Positions 12,848-26,393 of a stretch of DNA of 64,000 nt are shown in pieces. Below the pieces are notes generated by a model that was given only the letters and a program-made list of their open reading frames with translations, had not been told where the DNA came from and searched no databases. The stretch covers positions 6,634,001 through 6,698,000 of the forward strand of contig CM120646.1 in assembly GCA_051362555.1 (NCBI GenBank), read 5' to 3'. Made by a program: the position numbers and the translations under genes. This DNA comes from Lingula anatina (lineage: Eukaryota > Animalia > Brachiopoda). Numbering within the stretch: position 1 is the first letter of the stretch; each line of letters begins with the position of its first letter.

Positions 12848-15107
12848 TCCTGAAGCGTGAAAGACCGTATTTTCTACAGATCTGGATCGTTTAAAATACA
12901 CAGTACATGTGAACTGACATACGAAAACAGCAGACACTACCCTGAGACTGTAGTGAATTATGTAATAGCAAAACCTTTCTCCAGATGTAAGAACTGATAT
13001 TTAGATTCACAATCTGAAAAAAAGAATAAATAAAATAAAATAATGATTATAATAATAGAAATTAAAAATATATATAGCTAGATAGAAGGCCTGGTACAGT
13101 GCATTATTTTGGGAATTCAGAATTGGATATAATTACCACTGTGGGACAATTAATCTCAGGCTGCCATGGATATAGAAGAGAATAAAAATAGAAATGAAAT
13201 GAAATGAAATAAAATAAAGCTTCAAATTAAAAGTGTCCAGAAAATTAGCGGTGACAGTGTATGCAAATGTCAATTTTGATGTAAGTCCAGGATTTAAAAA
13301 ATGCCGTTTTCAGTCATTTATATTTCTCCCTGAACTGATGCATTATCATTATATCATATTGTTTAAATGCAATGAAATAATATGTTTTGGATTTAAGTTT
13401 ATTTACCCAATGCGTGAAATACTGCAACATTTGAGAAATGCCTAGTAGCCGACAGGTTTACAAACATCTCGAATTTCTTGGAAAAATTGCTAAAAAAAAA
13501 AAGAAAAGAAAAGAAATCAGTAAAATTTAATTGTCGAAGAACCAGTCACCGTTGAAAAATTTGTGATAAAGTCTATGCGATGAAGGATGATTTATTCGTT
13601 ATTAATAAGACCCCAGAAGACTGTTAATTAATGTATTTCTCTGTAATTATATGGCTGATTAATCATTCCGCGTTAAACAAATATTTAATCTTGATTAAGT
13701 GAAGTATAGCGTAGGTATCGCAGGAAAACATCGCAGTCAGTGATATCATGTTGTTATTATGTTTATTGTCGTAGTTTTTTTTTAAATATTGAAAATGCAT
13801 ACATGTACTACTGGATCAATATTACTATAGTGTAGCGGATTATAATTGGCTTTAAGTAGCTGTATAAACAAACAAAAATAAATAAACAAAAATTAATATA
13901 TAGATGGAAAAATAAGTAATCCAAACATAAATAAATAAGCTACATACATTGTACCAAATTAAAGTGATAAAAATTAAAAAGAAGTCAGCTTTTAAAATGG
14001 TTCAAGATAGATCATATTTTTCCAGAAAGGTGGGACGTATTTTATTATTTAAGAACGACGAACTTCCTTCCTACGCTATTGATTTTGTGCGTGTCAGTTC
14101 AGAAGTCAACGCTAATTGCCATGCTGGATGTTTATATTTATATGCCTGTGCCGAAAATATATACATGTAAGAATATATTTATACACAGAATAATACATAT
14201 GAGACAGATACTATCGATTGGGTAATAAATAATATCTCCTATATCATATATTGATTTTCAGTCGATTTCATAATATTACTGAAATGTGATACTGGTGTTA
14301 AGAATAATAATAATACCAGTACCCAATTCAGTTCACATGTGAAGGAGTTTTAATAATAATAATAATTATAATAATAATAATAATAATAATAATAAGGCAC
14401 TATGAAATAAATGAAATAGATCAATACATGAAAACTTTCAAAAATAGTTGAACTAAAGAGAAGCAGTTGATCGATCTGAAATACATGCGGTTGTTGTTAA
14501 AACACTATATAATATGGTATGCAAAATAAAGGGCGGGGGTTGATATAAAACAGTCGTTAAAACAGGACCAGCACCTACGAGACACTTCATGTCAACATAC
14601 CTGAATAATTTGCTCACTTTTTTCCCCTGGTTTAGAAAAGTTTTAAATTGCTGCCAGTAGCTAACTGCAAATGTTAATGAAATGTGAGTGACAATTGGTT
14701 CACGGTTTTATTGACTACACAATTCAAGGTCATCGTCGTTTCCATTGGGATAAATGCGTGTGCTAGCTATTTGCAGTTGTCCTATGGGTATATACCTGTA
14801 CTTGTATTTTTCACAGTTTTAAGAACGGTAAATTGACTAAGAAAGTAGGGGAGACAAGAGGAAAAAAGTGCTTACTTTTTAGGCAAAATTAAGGTTTTAA
14901 CTAGGTTTAAACGTATTACGTCTTATGTCTTAAAACTAGGTTGAAGCATAATAGCATCTGTATTATATTCCTTATTTGCTTTACCAAAACGTTTGTTTGC
15001 ATTCCAGTTAGGGTACGCATGCACTGAAAATGTGCCCCTGACATTTCGTCTTTTTAAATATGTCTGTGTTGGTCTCCCTGCTATGGTTGAAACGGGCTGC
15101 GTGATTT

Positions 15108-15150
15108 GGGTCACGCGAGGTCATAAGGTCACCTATAAAAAGACAGGTCA
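15108..15150 (+). promoter_or_regulatory. Cluster of four nuclear-receptor half-sites (DR4 + DR2) with TATAAAA
   Basis: GGGTCA cgcg AGGTCA ta AGGTCA cc TATAAAA agac AGGTCA. Confidence 0.5.
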
Positions 15151-17970
15151 TGCTGCTATGGGCATGAGTGAAGAGAGTTATTTGGAAACGCTGTTTAAGG
15201 TTTTAATATCTACACTTGCACTATGTCAGTAGTTATCAGTCTGACGAGTAATTTTTATAGGTTGGCTAGAACTATTGCAACAATTTTTCTACTGGGCTTG
15301 CTCAAGAGAGCATATGCTATAACCTCATACAAGAAATTGAGATATGGGTTCATTTAACTTGAACATCGCTTAATATGTGTGGGGTGTTTTGTTTTCATAG
15401 TTTACTTATCAATGAAATTGACTATTGTAACTGTAGACTGAACATAAATAAGTTTATTTATTTAACATTTATTTCATGTGAGCTTATCTTTCTTTTAATA
15501 AACTGTGAAATTTGAATTGTTGCTGGTGAAAATTATTTATTTGTGCCCAGTTAACAAAGAACTGGTGCTTGTTAAATATGTAGATGCATTCAATTTATGG
15601 GAAGATTATATTAATATATATTAAACTGCTTTTTGCAAAATTTGATTCACAATAGTCATATCAAATTCACCTAGCGGTGTGTAGTATATTTGTACACTGA
15701 AGCAAAGGGAGACTGAAGTTAGAATTTTTTCGACTCCTGTATCTTAAAACTATTATTTTGATAATATATCTTGAGGTCTTTAATTAATCTATTTATTTAT
15801 TTATTTTTATTTATTTATTATTTAACAGACAGGTAATTATCGTCAAAATCGTGGATTTTCTGATATCTATAAAATATGCCTGAATTAAATGCGATAGGTT
15901 GGTTTGTGCATTGTATACATCGAGCTAGATGTTTTGATATAATATAGTCATTTCATGCAACCTGTGTTTAAACTTAACGGAGAAGAATGTGACTTTAAAC
16001 TGTTTTAAAGCGTCTGTAACATATGTTGACTTTCAGTCCATTAAAGGTCACCCGCCTGATTTGTATTCAATATAGTGTTTTATCGAAAGCGAGAGAATTG
16101 ACGAATGTGAGTGGGAAATTTGATGAGAAAAAATGTGGATTTATATAAAATTTTTATTTAGCTCATGAAAGAACAAAATTCGGACATTATAAAGTTCATT
16201 TGTTGAAATCACAAATAACACTGCCAGTGATATTTATACAGATTTTATACCTACATGTACCTCATTGAACCTAAAGCCGTCATTTCAGACCGGGAGTAAT
16301 TTTGAAACAAATCAAATGATTAATTATCTTAGAGGATGTAACTAAGGAGTCAACTTTCGACTTAAAATAATTACTCAATAGATTGGTGTTTAGCACCATG
16401 GTGCGGCGTATGTATTTCAGAACGTTCATGGATTATGTTCCGTGCTTAAGAAGTATCTATGTGGCAAAAAAAATAGAATGTGTATTTCCTCTTTTTATTT
16501 CCACCAGTTACAAATTCCTCGTAGTGACTAATCAAATACAAACAGTACATACGGATTAAAGGTGACAATTCTTACGTAAAATAAAACAAAAACAAGTAAA
16601 AAGACAAGAAAAACGTGGTACTCAAAAGAAAAATATTCAAACTGCCTTCATTCATTTTCTCAAAAGCTAAAGACAGATGACTGGCATTCGTTTCATCGAG
16701 TTAGTTTGAAAGCTGTAAACGGCTGATCTTTTCGGATAATCGATGTTTACAAGTTAAGCATATCTCGATGTTAAAAAGGAAGGGTGAAAAAACGTTATTT
16801 TCAGGATGGCCTGCGTTTTATTACTTCAAGCAGGAAAAAAATGAAAAAAAAAAAATCAAATCGACCTAGCCTTACTGACGTATCAGCTCTACTTTCAAGT
16901 AGTGGTACTGTATTTACACATTAACATCTTAAAAGTGATAGCTTCTGGTTTCTTGTACTTGGGTTTATCACTTAAAAGTTTTAGGTGAAAAAAAAACCAA
17001 AAAAATCCAGTCTTTACATGTGCCATTTGATCCTCAAGGGTTACCAAAGTGTTTTTATTTTCCTTTTTTAGTACTGATCTTTTTCATGACCCTGAGAGAA
17101 GAGGCGAAAAGAAATGCATATAGGGTTACAGCTTAAACATTTGGTCCCATTTGCTCATATTTTAAGGCATTTTGGAAAAAAAAAACGCTGCGTTGTAACT
17201 TGTCATGGTAGCCTACATCATGTTGCAAACTGCTAATGAAATATGACGTGTTCTTTCCATGCGAACGATCTGGGACTCTTATGACATATAAACAGACGTC
17301 GAAATTGTTAATATCAATTTTGTATATATATATAACTGTCTGTTTTATAAGTCACCCAGCTTTCTTGTGGCAGACACCCGTGTCATATTTTGAGCCCGGT
17401 AAATGCAGTGTTTATAACAAGAAAGAGCTCCCCCCCCCCCCCCCCCCCCCATAAACCATCGTCTGCTCCATGCGATCATTATAATCTAGAGAGAGTTTAA
17501 CTCCAGAGGTACAAATTAACCGGCGTTGTTTTCCCAGCAAGACTTTTACTTTCTTGTCGATTTTGATTAGAATCGGGCAGTGAACCGTATATTGTTATTA
17601 CCTTCAGCAAAGCTCGTACATGTACATGCGTTAGTCCGTGCGGTTATTGTTCTTCTTGGTTAAGATTGCAAAGATCCGAGTGGTATTTCTGGAAAACGAA
17701 ATAGTAAACGTATTTATAAAAAAATCTGCTAAAGTAAGGATGATTGTTTTATTAAGATTAATAAGATGTGGATAGATACATGGCGTGTTGTGCGGTACGA
17801 TATGCTAGTAGAATGGAATAGAAATAACTGAATTTGTCCTATATGCTCTTTGATCCATATTATTGATGAATTGCATCAGCAACTGTGTAGGTTTATGTAA
17901 TAAAATTTAACAAACTTTTCCATAATAATGTGAATAACCTATTTTTTATCCTTTGTTGTTTTATTTTTAG

Positions 17971-17991
17971 AAAACTCAAGTGACAGTTTTG
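17971..17991 (+). CDS. Hox3: Hox3 21-nt linker microexon (adds ENSSDSF)
   Basis: T-rich tract plus TTTTAG acceptor (ends 17970) and G|GTAAGT donor (17992). It is 21 nt, phase 1-1 and stop-free in the Hox3 frame. Confidence 0.75.
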
Positions 17992-18174
17992 GTAAGTAGC
18001 AGTCTTGTGGTGGGTAGTAGTTCCTTTAGTAGCTATCGTCAATGAGGTCCTCTCTTTTAACTCTGCATCTTATCATTCACTGTGAAGGGCTGGTAACACG
18101 AAAACGGAGCTTATTTAACACTTTACTAACAAGAGTGCGGTTGATGGAAAAATAATTTAAGCTTGTATACTGCT

Positions 18175-18177
<3 letters not shown>

Positions 18178-18206
<29 letters not shown>
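18178..18206. repeat. (GA)n microsatellite
   Basis: Direct reading. Confidence 0.9.
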
Positions 18207-18209
<3 letters not shown>

Positions 18210-21200
18210 GAATGGAACGTTCTATATTAAACCAAATATGCTGCTGCCATAACCTTTGCAAATATCATTTTATCACCACGGTTTCTATAAGTGACATCAG
18301 GCAAATTAAATAGTAACACCGTTATTTACATTTGGCGATGGCAACGCTTTTAAAATGTCTGACACCAGCACCTTACGGTAAGACCTGCACGACATCGCGT
18401 CTACAGACCAAGAAGGGGTAAAATACTAAGTTCATGGGGTCAAATCTATAATAACAAACTGAAAAGAGCAAGCGCTGTCAATCAAATTTTGGAAAAGAAC
18501 CAGAGTCACTTGCACACTTGAAGCGCATCCAAAGCAAAACACCATTCAAATTGTGCACACGAATTCGCCGCTTGAGATCCAAGAAAAAGAACAAGGCAAT
18601 AAAATGGATGCATCGGTTGACCGCAAATAGACCTTGTGTGAATTTTGTTTAAAAAAATCGTTTTTACTATGTCTTTATTACTGAGTCTTGCAAAAACCAG
18701 CGACCTGATCGAATTATTATGGTTCTAATTACGCATGCAGAAGGTTGTGAATGAGTAATGCAGCAAAACGTATCCTAAAAAATATTAGAGATAAAAATCT
18801 TTTGCTGTGAGTACTTTACATTCTTTAAATTTGGTAGCTAGGAATATGTATTAGAGGAGTGGTACAGTTTTTACAGCTCACCCGCATTCATGCTACTAAA
18901 AATAATAATAATAATAAAACGTTGCCAACGAGCTTAACCGTATATTGAGTGAGATTGTTTCAATGAGTTACGATTCCAAGCCGTAGTCCCATGAAAACAC
19001 ACTATAACGTGAGCATGTCTGGGATAATTTTATTTAGATACCAGTATAATTATGTATAATACAACGGTCAACTTTTTGGCATGGCAATTAAAAAATCTCA
19101 ATTTTAATTCACAAAATATGATGTCAGATTGTCCACTGATGTCCCTCCCCCCGCTTTGTAAATGTGCGCAATTTATGAAAATCCAAGGCAGGCTTTCTCA
19201 CCAAGTTTTAATTAGTCTAAATATAGTAGGCCTCCCTTTCTCTAGCGCGTGTCTTGTAAGTGTTCGCAGATTTAAATGACAAAAAAAATTGTAGTTGTTA
19301 TGGCTGCATCAAATAATGTTTGGCTAGTTATATGTGTGTAAGTGAAGAAGTATAGCGAGAAAAATGGAGTCCAACCATGGTGGGGATATAGATAAGGGTT
19401 TGAGCACCTTGGTAAGCCACTTGTTTCTAAGGCCATACCCATTGCATTAGATTATTCTTGATATTTTTGATTAATATTAATATTGATATTTTGACAGAAG
19501 TAAATAAATGGATACATGGGAGATTATTTAAGTGAATGAATGAATGTATGGACAGAGGAAAGAAATAAATACACAATAAATACAAAATTGCATAAAAGCT
19601 GAATTAGGTGGACAAATAAATTAATGACAGAGAAAACGAATAAGTAAATGAATTAACAAATCATTAACTTTTGAAAATACTCCCATCTCACAAACATCGC
19701 TTTGGAAACATTTATTTCGAAAACTAGATTTAATCTTGCTGTATAAATATTAATCTCAGTTTATTGTTATCCTCCGCTTTGCTTCTGTATGGGGTTATTA
19801 GTCTATAAGGTTATGGCCGGATTTGAACTATACGTGATAGATGAGTAGGAAGAGACAGAAAGGAAAATCTGTTAGAGATTGTGGTGAGACATCCGCACCA
19901 CGGATGCAAGATAAGACTGTAGGTACACAATAAGGTTTACGTGGTGGAAAGAAAAACGGCGAATTAGCGGAGCTGCGTTCTCATTCAGAAAAAAAACTTC
20001 CCAACGGTGAATGTACAATTTCATAAATTTAAAGAAAAAAATAATAGATATAAGATTTTTACTTTGAGAAAAAAAAGGTAAAAAAAACGTGCGTCTTAGA
20101 TTTTCGTTGAAAATCAAAATACGGCGCAAGTTTATTACCACAAAATATTTATTTTATATAAAAAATGCATAATTCTTTGCACGCATTATTTGCAATTTAT
20201 CTTTATTTTGAAAGCGCTGCTAGGCTTACTTATTCTATTTCAGCTTCAGAGTGCATTCACCGTGACAAAATACCATTATTACAACATTTGATATAATAAT
20301 GAAGCTTACTCCTTTATCCACCGTGTTCCCCTTACATGATTTTAATACATGCGTTTGACATCTGTTTGAAAAGAAAAATACAAATAATAAAATATATCGC
20401 CCAGACTGAATATCCAATCATTTCCATGCAAAGGGAAGCCCGGCGTCCTTTCCTCCTTCAACATTGTGTGCACCTGATCAATTTAACGCCAAAAATACGT
20501 TCGGCCCCAGACGCTCCAATCACCGATCTCATTGGCATTTTGTCTCGTCTCCAAATCCTCGTGTTCCGTTAAATAGATCTCACGTTAATTAAAACACAAA
20601 TGCCCCCTGGAATTTTGCCTTTGTGCCAAGTGCCGTAAATCTCCCTGGTTGGCGAGATGTCAAAACACGATGTTAACATTTTAGATTCATGTTTTACAAA
20701 CGATTGACACCCATTACGGCGGTTTCAGATAGTTCCACGTACATGAGTTTATGTGTATGTCCTCAAGTGCCGACCATTGACCGTTCTATTATTTTTTGCA
20801 CTCAGTGTCCAGTTTAAAAGGGCATTGCCCGCTGTGTTGTTATAAACGGATTGATTTAATTACCATTTATTTTTATTTTTCTGATATAAAACGAAACATT
20901 TCTAGCCTCTACGCGACATTTTGCAATGAGTCCGTTGACACTGAAAGTAATATTGAATTTAAGTTTTCTAATAATTATGATGTTTGTGTGTCATCATATA
21001 TGCATATTTTTAGACTTATAGTTGATATTTTTTTTGCCATTATTGAGAACACAACCAGTTTCGTTTTTTTTTTCTCAAAATACCACACCACCGTCTTGTC
21101 CAAATGTCCTTCTTTTTTTGAAAACGGCATACTTATCGTCGCCACGGCTGACATGGATGCACAAACAAAAGAGCGCAAAAACAATTCATCCATGCATTGT

Positions 21201-22060
21201 TTTTTTTTTGTCCAACTCCGCCTTGACATTACAGAATCCAATTGTTGGTAAAGATCGCGACGTACAATTGCTTCTTTTAACCGCATAAATCATTGCACCC
21301 CATTAAAACGACAACGTGCGCCAACGAACAATTTATAAGAATGTTAAAGTATGCGATATAAGGCATTCTCATGTAAGAGACTCGTTAAATTAATCTTGAC
21401 TATGATTTATTAGTTTGAAAAGACACTACTGTATCTAACGGCGATGGTTATAGTTACATGTACATGTTTTAGTAGAATAATCTTTTCTTTGGGAAAACGT
21501 ATTACTGTTGTTCATGTAAAAATATTGTTTTCGATTGATGTCAATTCGCATAGTTTGAAGAAAGCAAAAAATGGAAATAGGACAAAATCAATGGTTTATT
21601 TATTCATAATAATTTACTCTTGCTTATAAGTGTGTGTTTTGCATAAGCGACGCCGCTCTTGCGTGAGTCTTTTAAGTATTTGATATCTTATCTGATGCTT
21701 TTGATTTATTTTTATTGCAACCTTTTTTTTCACAATAAATTACGCGTAAAAAAGAAGAATGGTTAGATGTACTATAAGGCAGGCATAGATTTGTTTCACA
21801 GTAGGAATATGAATTCAAATACATTTATAAACATATGGATAATCATGTGATAAATTAATTGTAATGCCAAAATCTGTAGTGAATTTTTTTCTGGGATTGC
21901 TGATTAATCAGGTCGATGTTAACACTATTGGTTTCTTGTAGACATGTATGTCTATCGTTGGACAACAAGAATTTCATTAGTAAAATCGATGAATGTCAAC
22001 GGGTGTCTGGTGCTGAATCCCAAACTTGGAACGTAAAAGTACAACCGGGACCTGTTTCAG

Positions 22061-22195
22061 GAAAATGCCTTATGTCCGCTTTGGGGTACGTGTAACATCT
22101 TGTCCTTTAACATTTAAAGGGATCTGTTTATCGAAAATGCCGAAGTCCGCTTAAGGGTACGCGTAACATCTTGGCCCTTTGATATTTAAAGGGGT
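22061..22195. repeat. Diverged tandem duplication, ~72-bp unit x2
   Basis: gaaaatgcc..gtccgctt..gggtacg.gtaacatcttg..ccttt....tttaaaggg at 22061 and 22133. Confidence 0.8.
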
Positions 22196-23454
22196 ACATG
22201 TACTATCCGTGTTTGAAAAAATCTTTGTCATATTTTCTATGTCTACCAGTACATATGTCTTGCAAAGTTAATTATATTTTCGAATCGAGCACTTATAAAA
22301 CGATACCCTCCCCTCCCCCCTCTATAAAAGTACCGGAGGTCGATTATTTCTCCAGCAAGGTACAGGATGTCATGGCGGTCTTGGTGTTTGACTAGCCATC
22401 TAGAACTAAATTAAAGCTTAATAATTTATTAGAATTGGTATAAAACAAATGCTAGTGCAGGGATGTGTCGAGCAGTGATTCTTGAATAATTTATTTTCCA
22501 AGTAAATTTTTATTTAGCGGAAAAATTCCGGATGGGCCACGTTTAACAGACTAAGTTGAGTTTTGAAATAAATAAATAATAAGTAAAAATTAAAATATAA
22601 AAGCTTAAGGCCTCTCATTTCGTTTTCCGTTTTAAGCTCACTGCGCTTGTCTTGGCTAAGGGTTGCAGCTTCTACGAGTGACAGAACCTTTGAAGTATGT
22701 CAAATACGTTTATTGTGGACAAACCACTCTTGAACTTCTAGTCTTATACTTTGCGTAGCCGGCTAATGGATTTTAGCGGTCTAAGTCAACCTAATAACTT
22801 TTAAGTTTTAAGTAATAAAGTACTTCTGAAACAACGCCCAACACATTAATATTTAAAATGACAAGAAGTTTATTTCTGCTTATAATTGGGAGGCATCTGT
22901 TGACAGTACATACATAAAACATATCAATAATACTCATTATACAGTGTTGAGTTAATGATGCCTAACAGTAAATATATAACCACAAAATTTATGTGGCAAT
23001 ACAAATACATACATAAATTGTATGCACGGGAAAGATGTCATCTTTATGCTACGTTTAGTACAATCAAATTTGTATGTTTTACCGGTATATTAGAGCTATA
23101 ATTAATACATGGAACAGTTTCCATCAACTCTCTAGTAAGTAAGTGAGAACTGATGTTCATCTGAAAAATGCGTGTGCGCGGCTCTGATGTTAATTAGAAT
23201 GAGCATTAACTTTTGCTCTTCCTTTTCAAATCAGTATTTGCGAAAAGTCTCGGTAAAAGGAACATGCGTTGCATTCGAGTCAAAATACCACAAAACGGCT
23301 AGTAGTCTTTGCGTCTCTTCCCCAAAATGAGTAGCATTTACACGTATAAATATATTTTTGTTTGCTTTGTTATCTTAAAATCTTTTTGTTATCACCCATC
23401 TGATTGTGTGGAAAACTGAGCGCCCGTTCATAAACTACATGTAAGAGGACTGCG

Positions 23455-23457
<3 letters not shown>

Positions 23458-23497
<40 letters not shown>
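23458..23497. repeat. (TG)n microsatellite followed by a G-rich tract
   Basis: Direct reading. Confidence 0.9.
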
Positions 23498-23500
<3 letters not shown>

Positions 23501-25007
23501 GGGGAGGGGGGGGGTAGAATACACCACCTTCATAGAAAAGAGTAGGGCCTACTCCTTCTTTTACATCACATCAGGATCAAAGACAAATGAAAAATACGCT
23601 CTACTCATACCGCTTCATTATAAAGACAGAAGTGAATTACCTGTAACTCTCTTTTATCCAATGTGCCTTTGATGAGACACGACTGGCGTGAAAATAGCCG
23701 TCATTAAGTAACGTATTATGCAAGATAACAATGGTTCGGGGCCCTTTGATGTGGGACACCTGTACTTCACTGTATATGACTCTGCTGTTATCCGAGTTTA
23801 TGTGTTTACACATATTTAGATCGGTCTAGGGACAAATAACAATACACGAAGATCGGGTTGAAATTCATTTCAGGTAGTGGTCTCAAGCCTAGGACCATGT
23901 ATGTTAGCCCTACCACCTCCCTCTTGAGCAAAACGTGTTGAAACAGTTTGCCGTTAAGTGTTGAGGGTGGCATGCATAATTTGCGGTTTATATATTATAA
24001 TATCCTTAGTTATGCTATTATTGACACTGCTGTTATTATTATTATTTGGAGCAGTAGTAAACTCATAAAGACCTAAACTTGTTTGGGTTTGTCCTACCTG
24101 TCTGAACGCGCCTTTACCATGACAATGGTTTCCCTGTGAACTATGAAAAATATATATGTTCAGCCGGGTTCGCTTTTGATTACTCTTACTGAGACAAAAT
24201 GCAGTGGTTAGTAAATGCGGATTGGAGAATACTGATTATAGGGAGTATAGAGGCATTGCCGTACCCCTTTCTCTGTCAAGACCGAGGCAGGTCTTGGTAA
24301 TAACAGCGGTGTTTGTCCTAATTAATACTGATGCTTTTGTCCTTCTTCTGTGCATTCTGTCCTAACAAACGGGCTTTGTAACTGTTTGCTGCACCTTTTT
24401 ATATTGATTTCGCCTTTCTGAATATTATAACAGGAAAAAATGAAGAAAAATACAGAGATCGTCTGTAAAGAGACCTACCGTCTCGGTAATGGGGATTAAA
24501 TATTCCTCAATGTATGTACTGAATAACGACATACAAAAAGAAGAAAATTAAGAACAGTACATAGCTTCAACTTGCATGAACGATTAAGAAATAACTGGAT
24601 TCCAAGTGAATTTAATGAATCTGTTTAAAATCGATGCTACAGTGCATGATCTGACCCCCCCCCCCAAAAAAAATTGTTTCATAATAGTGTCATCGTTCAT
24701 GCCAAAACAGAGTGAAGTAGTACATGTATGTACAGACCAATGGCGACTTTCCCAGTAATTGCGACAGGTGCGCTTTAGCACTGCTGCGAAAGGCCAATGT
24801 TCGTTTAATTTTGTTGGAAAAGTGCGAAAACATGCACGTTAATTTTATAATTCATAACTTTTGTAACACAGAATAGATGCTTGGTAAAGGGGACTCTAAA
24901 GGATAAATTTATAAAAGAAATTAATTAGTAAATAAGGAGATTCAGATTGCAGATATACACTGTAAATATAAGGTGCTTGGATGTGCATTTTCAAAAAGAA
25001 AAATATA

Positions 25008-26393
25008 CACACACTGGACAAAAGAAGTGTCACCCCTACTGAGCCAATACTATGGGGGAGATAAATGACTGTGGAATGATATGCTCCTGGTATCATTTTA
25101 TTAACATCAAATTTCACAAAAAATCACAAAATGAGAACAAAATATACATTCTACCAAAATATGTAGTTTCAAGTCCAAAATTAGTACTTAGTGGCATAGC
25201 CACGTGACCTAATAATAGGTGCCAGTGTACGAAGCAAGGGTTCATATAATTGTCTGATGCGTTCAGGGCTTATGCTGGCCCAAGCATAAAACACTGAATA
25301 TAACAGAGTTTCTCTGCTGGTTAGACGGGCATTTGTAAAAAGTTTTGACATATCATTCCACACATTTTCTATTATGTTTGTATCCGGACTCTGGGCAGGC
25401 CACATCACCCTGCGAATGTCCTGTTGGTCAAACCAATCATCAACTGCTCTGGGCCTGTGACAAGGAGCATTGTCATCCTGGTGAACAGATGGATAATTCC
25501 TTTCACCAAACATGTTAGTAATAGATGGTAGCAAGCCTGACTCCAAAACATCGATATATTTCTAGTTATTCATGTTTGCATTAACCACTATCAATTCGCC
25601 CAAGCCATGGATGCTGATGCAGCCCCACACCATGATGAATATGCTGTTCCGGGTTCGAAAATTCAGTGCATGTGGTTCAAATGCTTTACCAGCAGTTTGC
25701 CAGCATAGTACCCGTCTGTCATCAGAGATCAGACCAAAGCGACACTCATCAGAAAAAATATATAGGACCAATTGTCATGAACTGTCCAGTTCCAGATCCT
25801 GTTGACCCTAGTTTACTCTACGTTGCCTGTTTTGTAACGATATAAGAGGTTTCAGTCTTGCTACCCTGCTGTACACTCACTGAGCATGTAACCGACGCCT
25901 AGCAATTTTCACAGACATATTCTTATGTGTGAAATTGTTCCACTGTTTTGTCAACTGACAAGCAGTGTCGAACTTTGACAACCTGGACATCAAAATCAGT
26001 CGTCGGTCTTCACGGCCAGTATTTTTTCTTGGACGACCCATCAGAGGCAATTTGTCTCTTGATCCAGTGTTTCTATACCGAGACCAGACCCTCTGCACGG
26101 TTCTGACTGAACAATTCAATTGTATCGATATTCTGACATTGCTTATATTCCGCCTCTTCAGGTTAATAACTTGCACCTATAACCGTTATATAATTACCTG
26201 TATCTTGCCATACTGGAGGAAGACAGGAATAACATTTGCTGTACATGTACAAGACCAACAATACAATTCCATGGTATAGCGGTTTTATACTCATTAGTCA
26301 CATTATAAGTAGACCAGGCATTATAAGTACCCAAGATCTGCCTACTTTCATTACTCTGAGTTAGGGGGTGACACTTCTTTTGTCCAGTGTGTG
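25008..26393 (-). mobile_element. Tc1/mariner-superfamily DNA transposon (DD34E Tc1), full length 1386 bp, inactive
   Basis: Perfect 29-bp TIRs CACACACTGGACAAAAGAAGTGTCACCCC at 25008-25036 and 26365-26393, with TA duplication on both sides (25006-25007, 26394-26395). Transposase fragments lie on the - strand. Confidence 0.95.
25181..26211 (-). pseudogene. Disrupted Tc1 transposase
   Basis: HTH/GRPRK region (25877-26176), catalytic motifs FSDECRF, QDDNAPCH and WPAQSPDTNIIENVW (34 residues between the second D and E), C-terminal RGYATKY. Broken by stops at ~26194, ~25877 and ~25562, plus frameshifts. Confidence 0.9.

Noticed and set aside
12937-12995. TACCCTGAGACTG..., resembling a miR-10/miR-125 5' end
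   Set aside because: No convincing complementary 3' arm.
15810-15840. tttaacag|acag|gtaatt as a possible 4-nt microexon or recursive splice site
   Set aside because: It would shift the frame, the donor is weak, and the upstream tract is a (TTTA)n repeat.
20796-21288. 151-aa ORF and overlapping ORFs in the Hox3 intron
   Set aside because: Non-ATG start, low-complexity F/K-rich translation and no recognisable domain.
26177-26197. Apparent 21-nt GT-AG intron in the transposase 5' end
   Set aside because: Too short for splicing; better explained as a nonsense mutation plus an indel in a decayed ORF.
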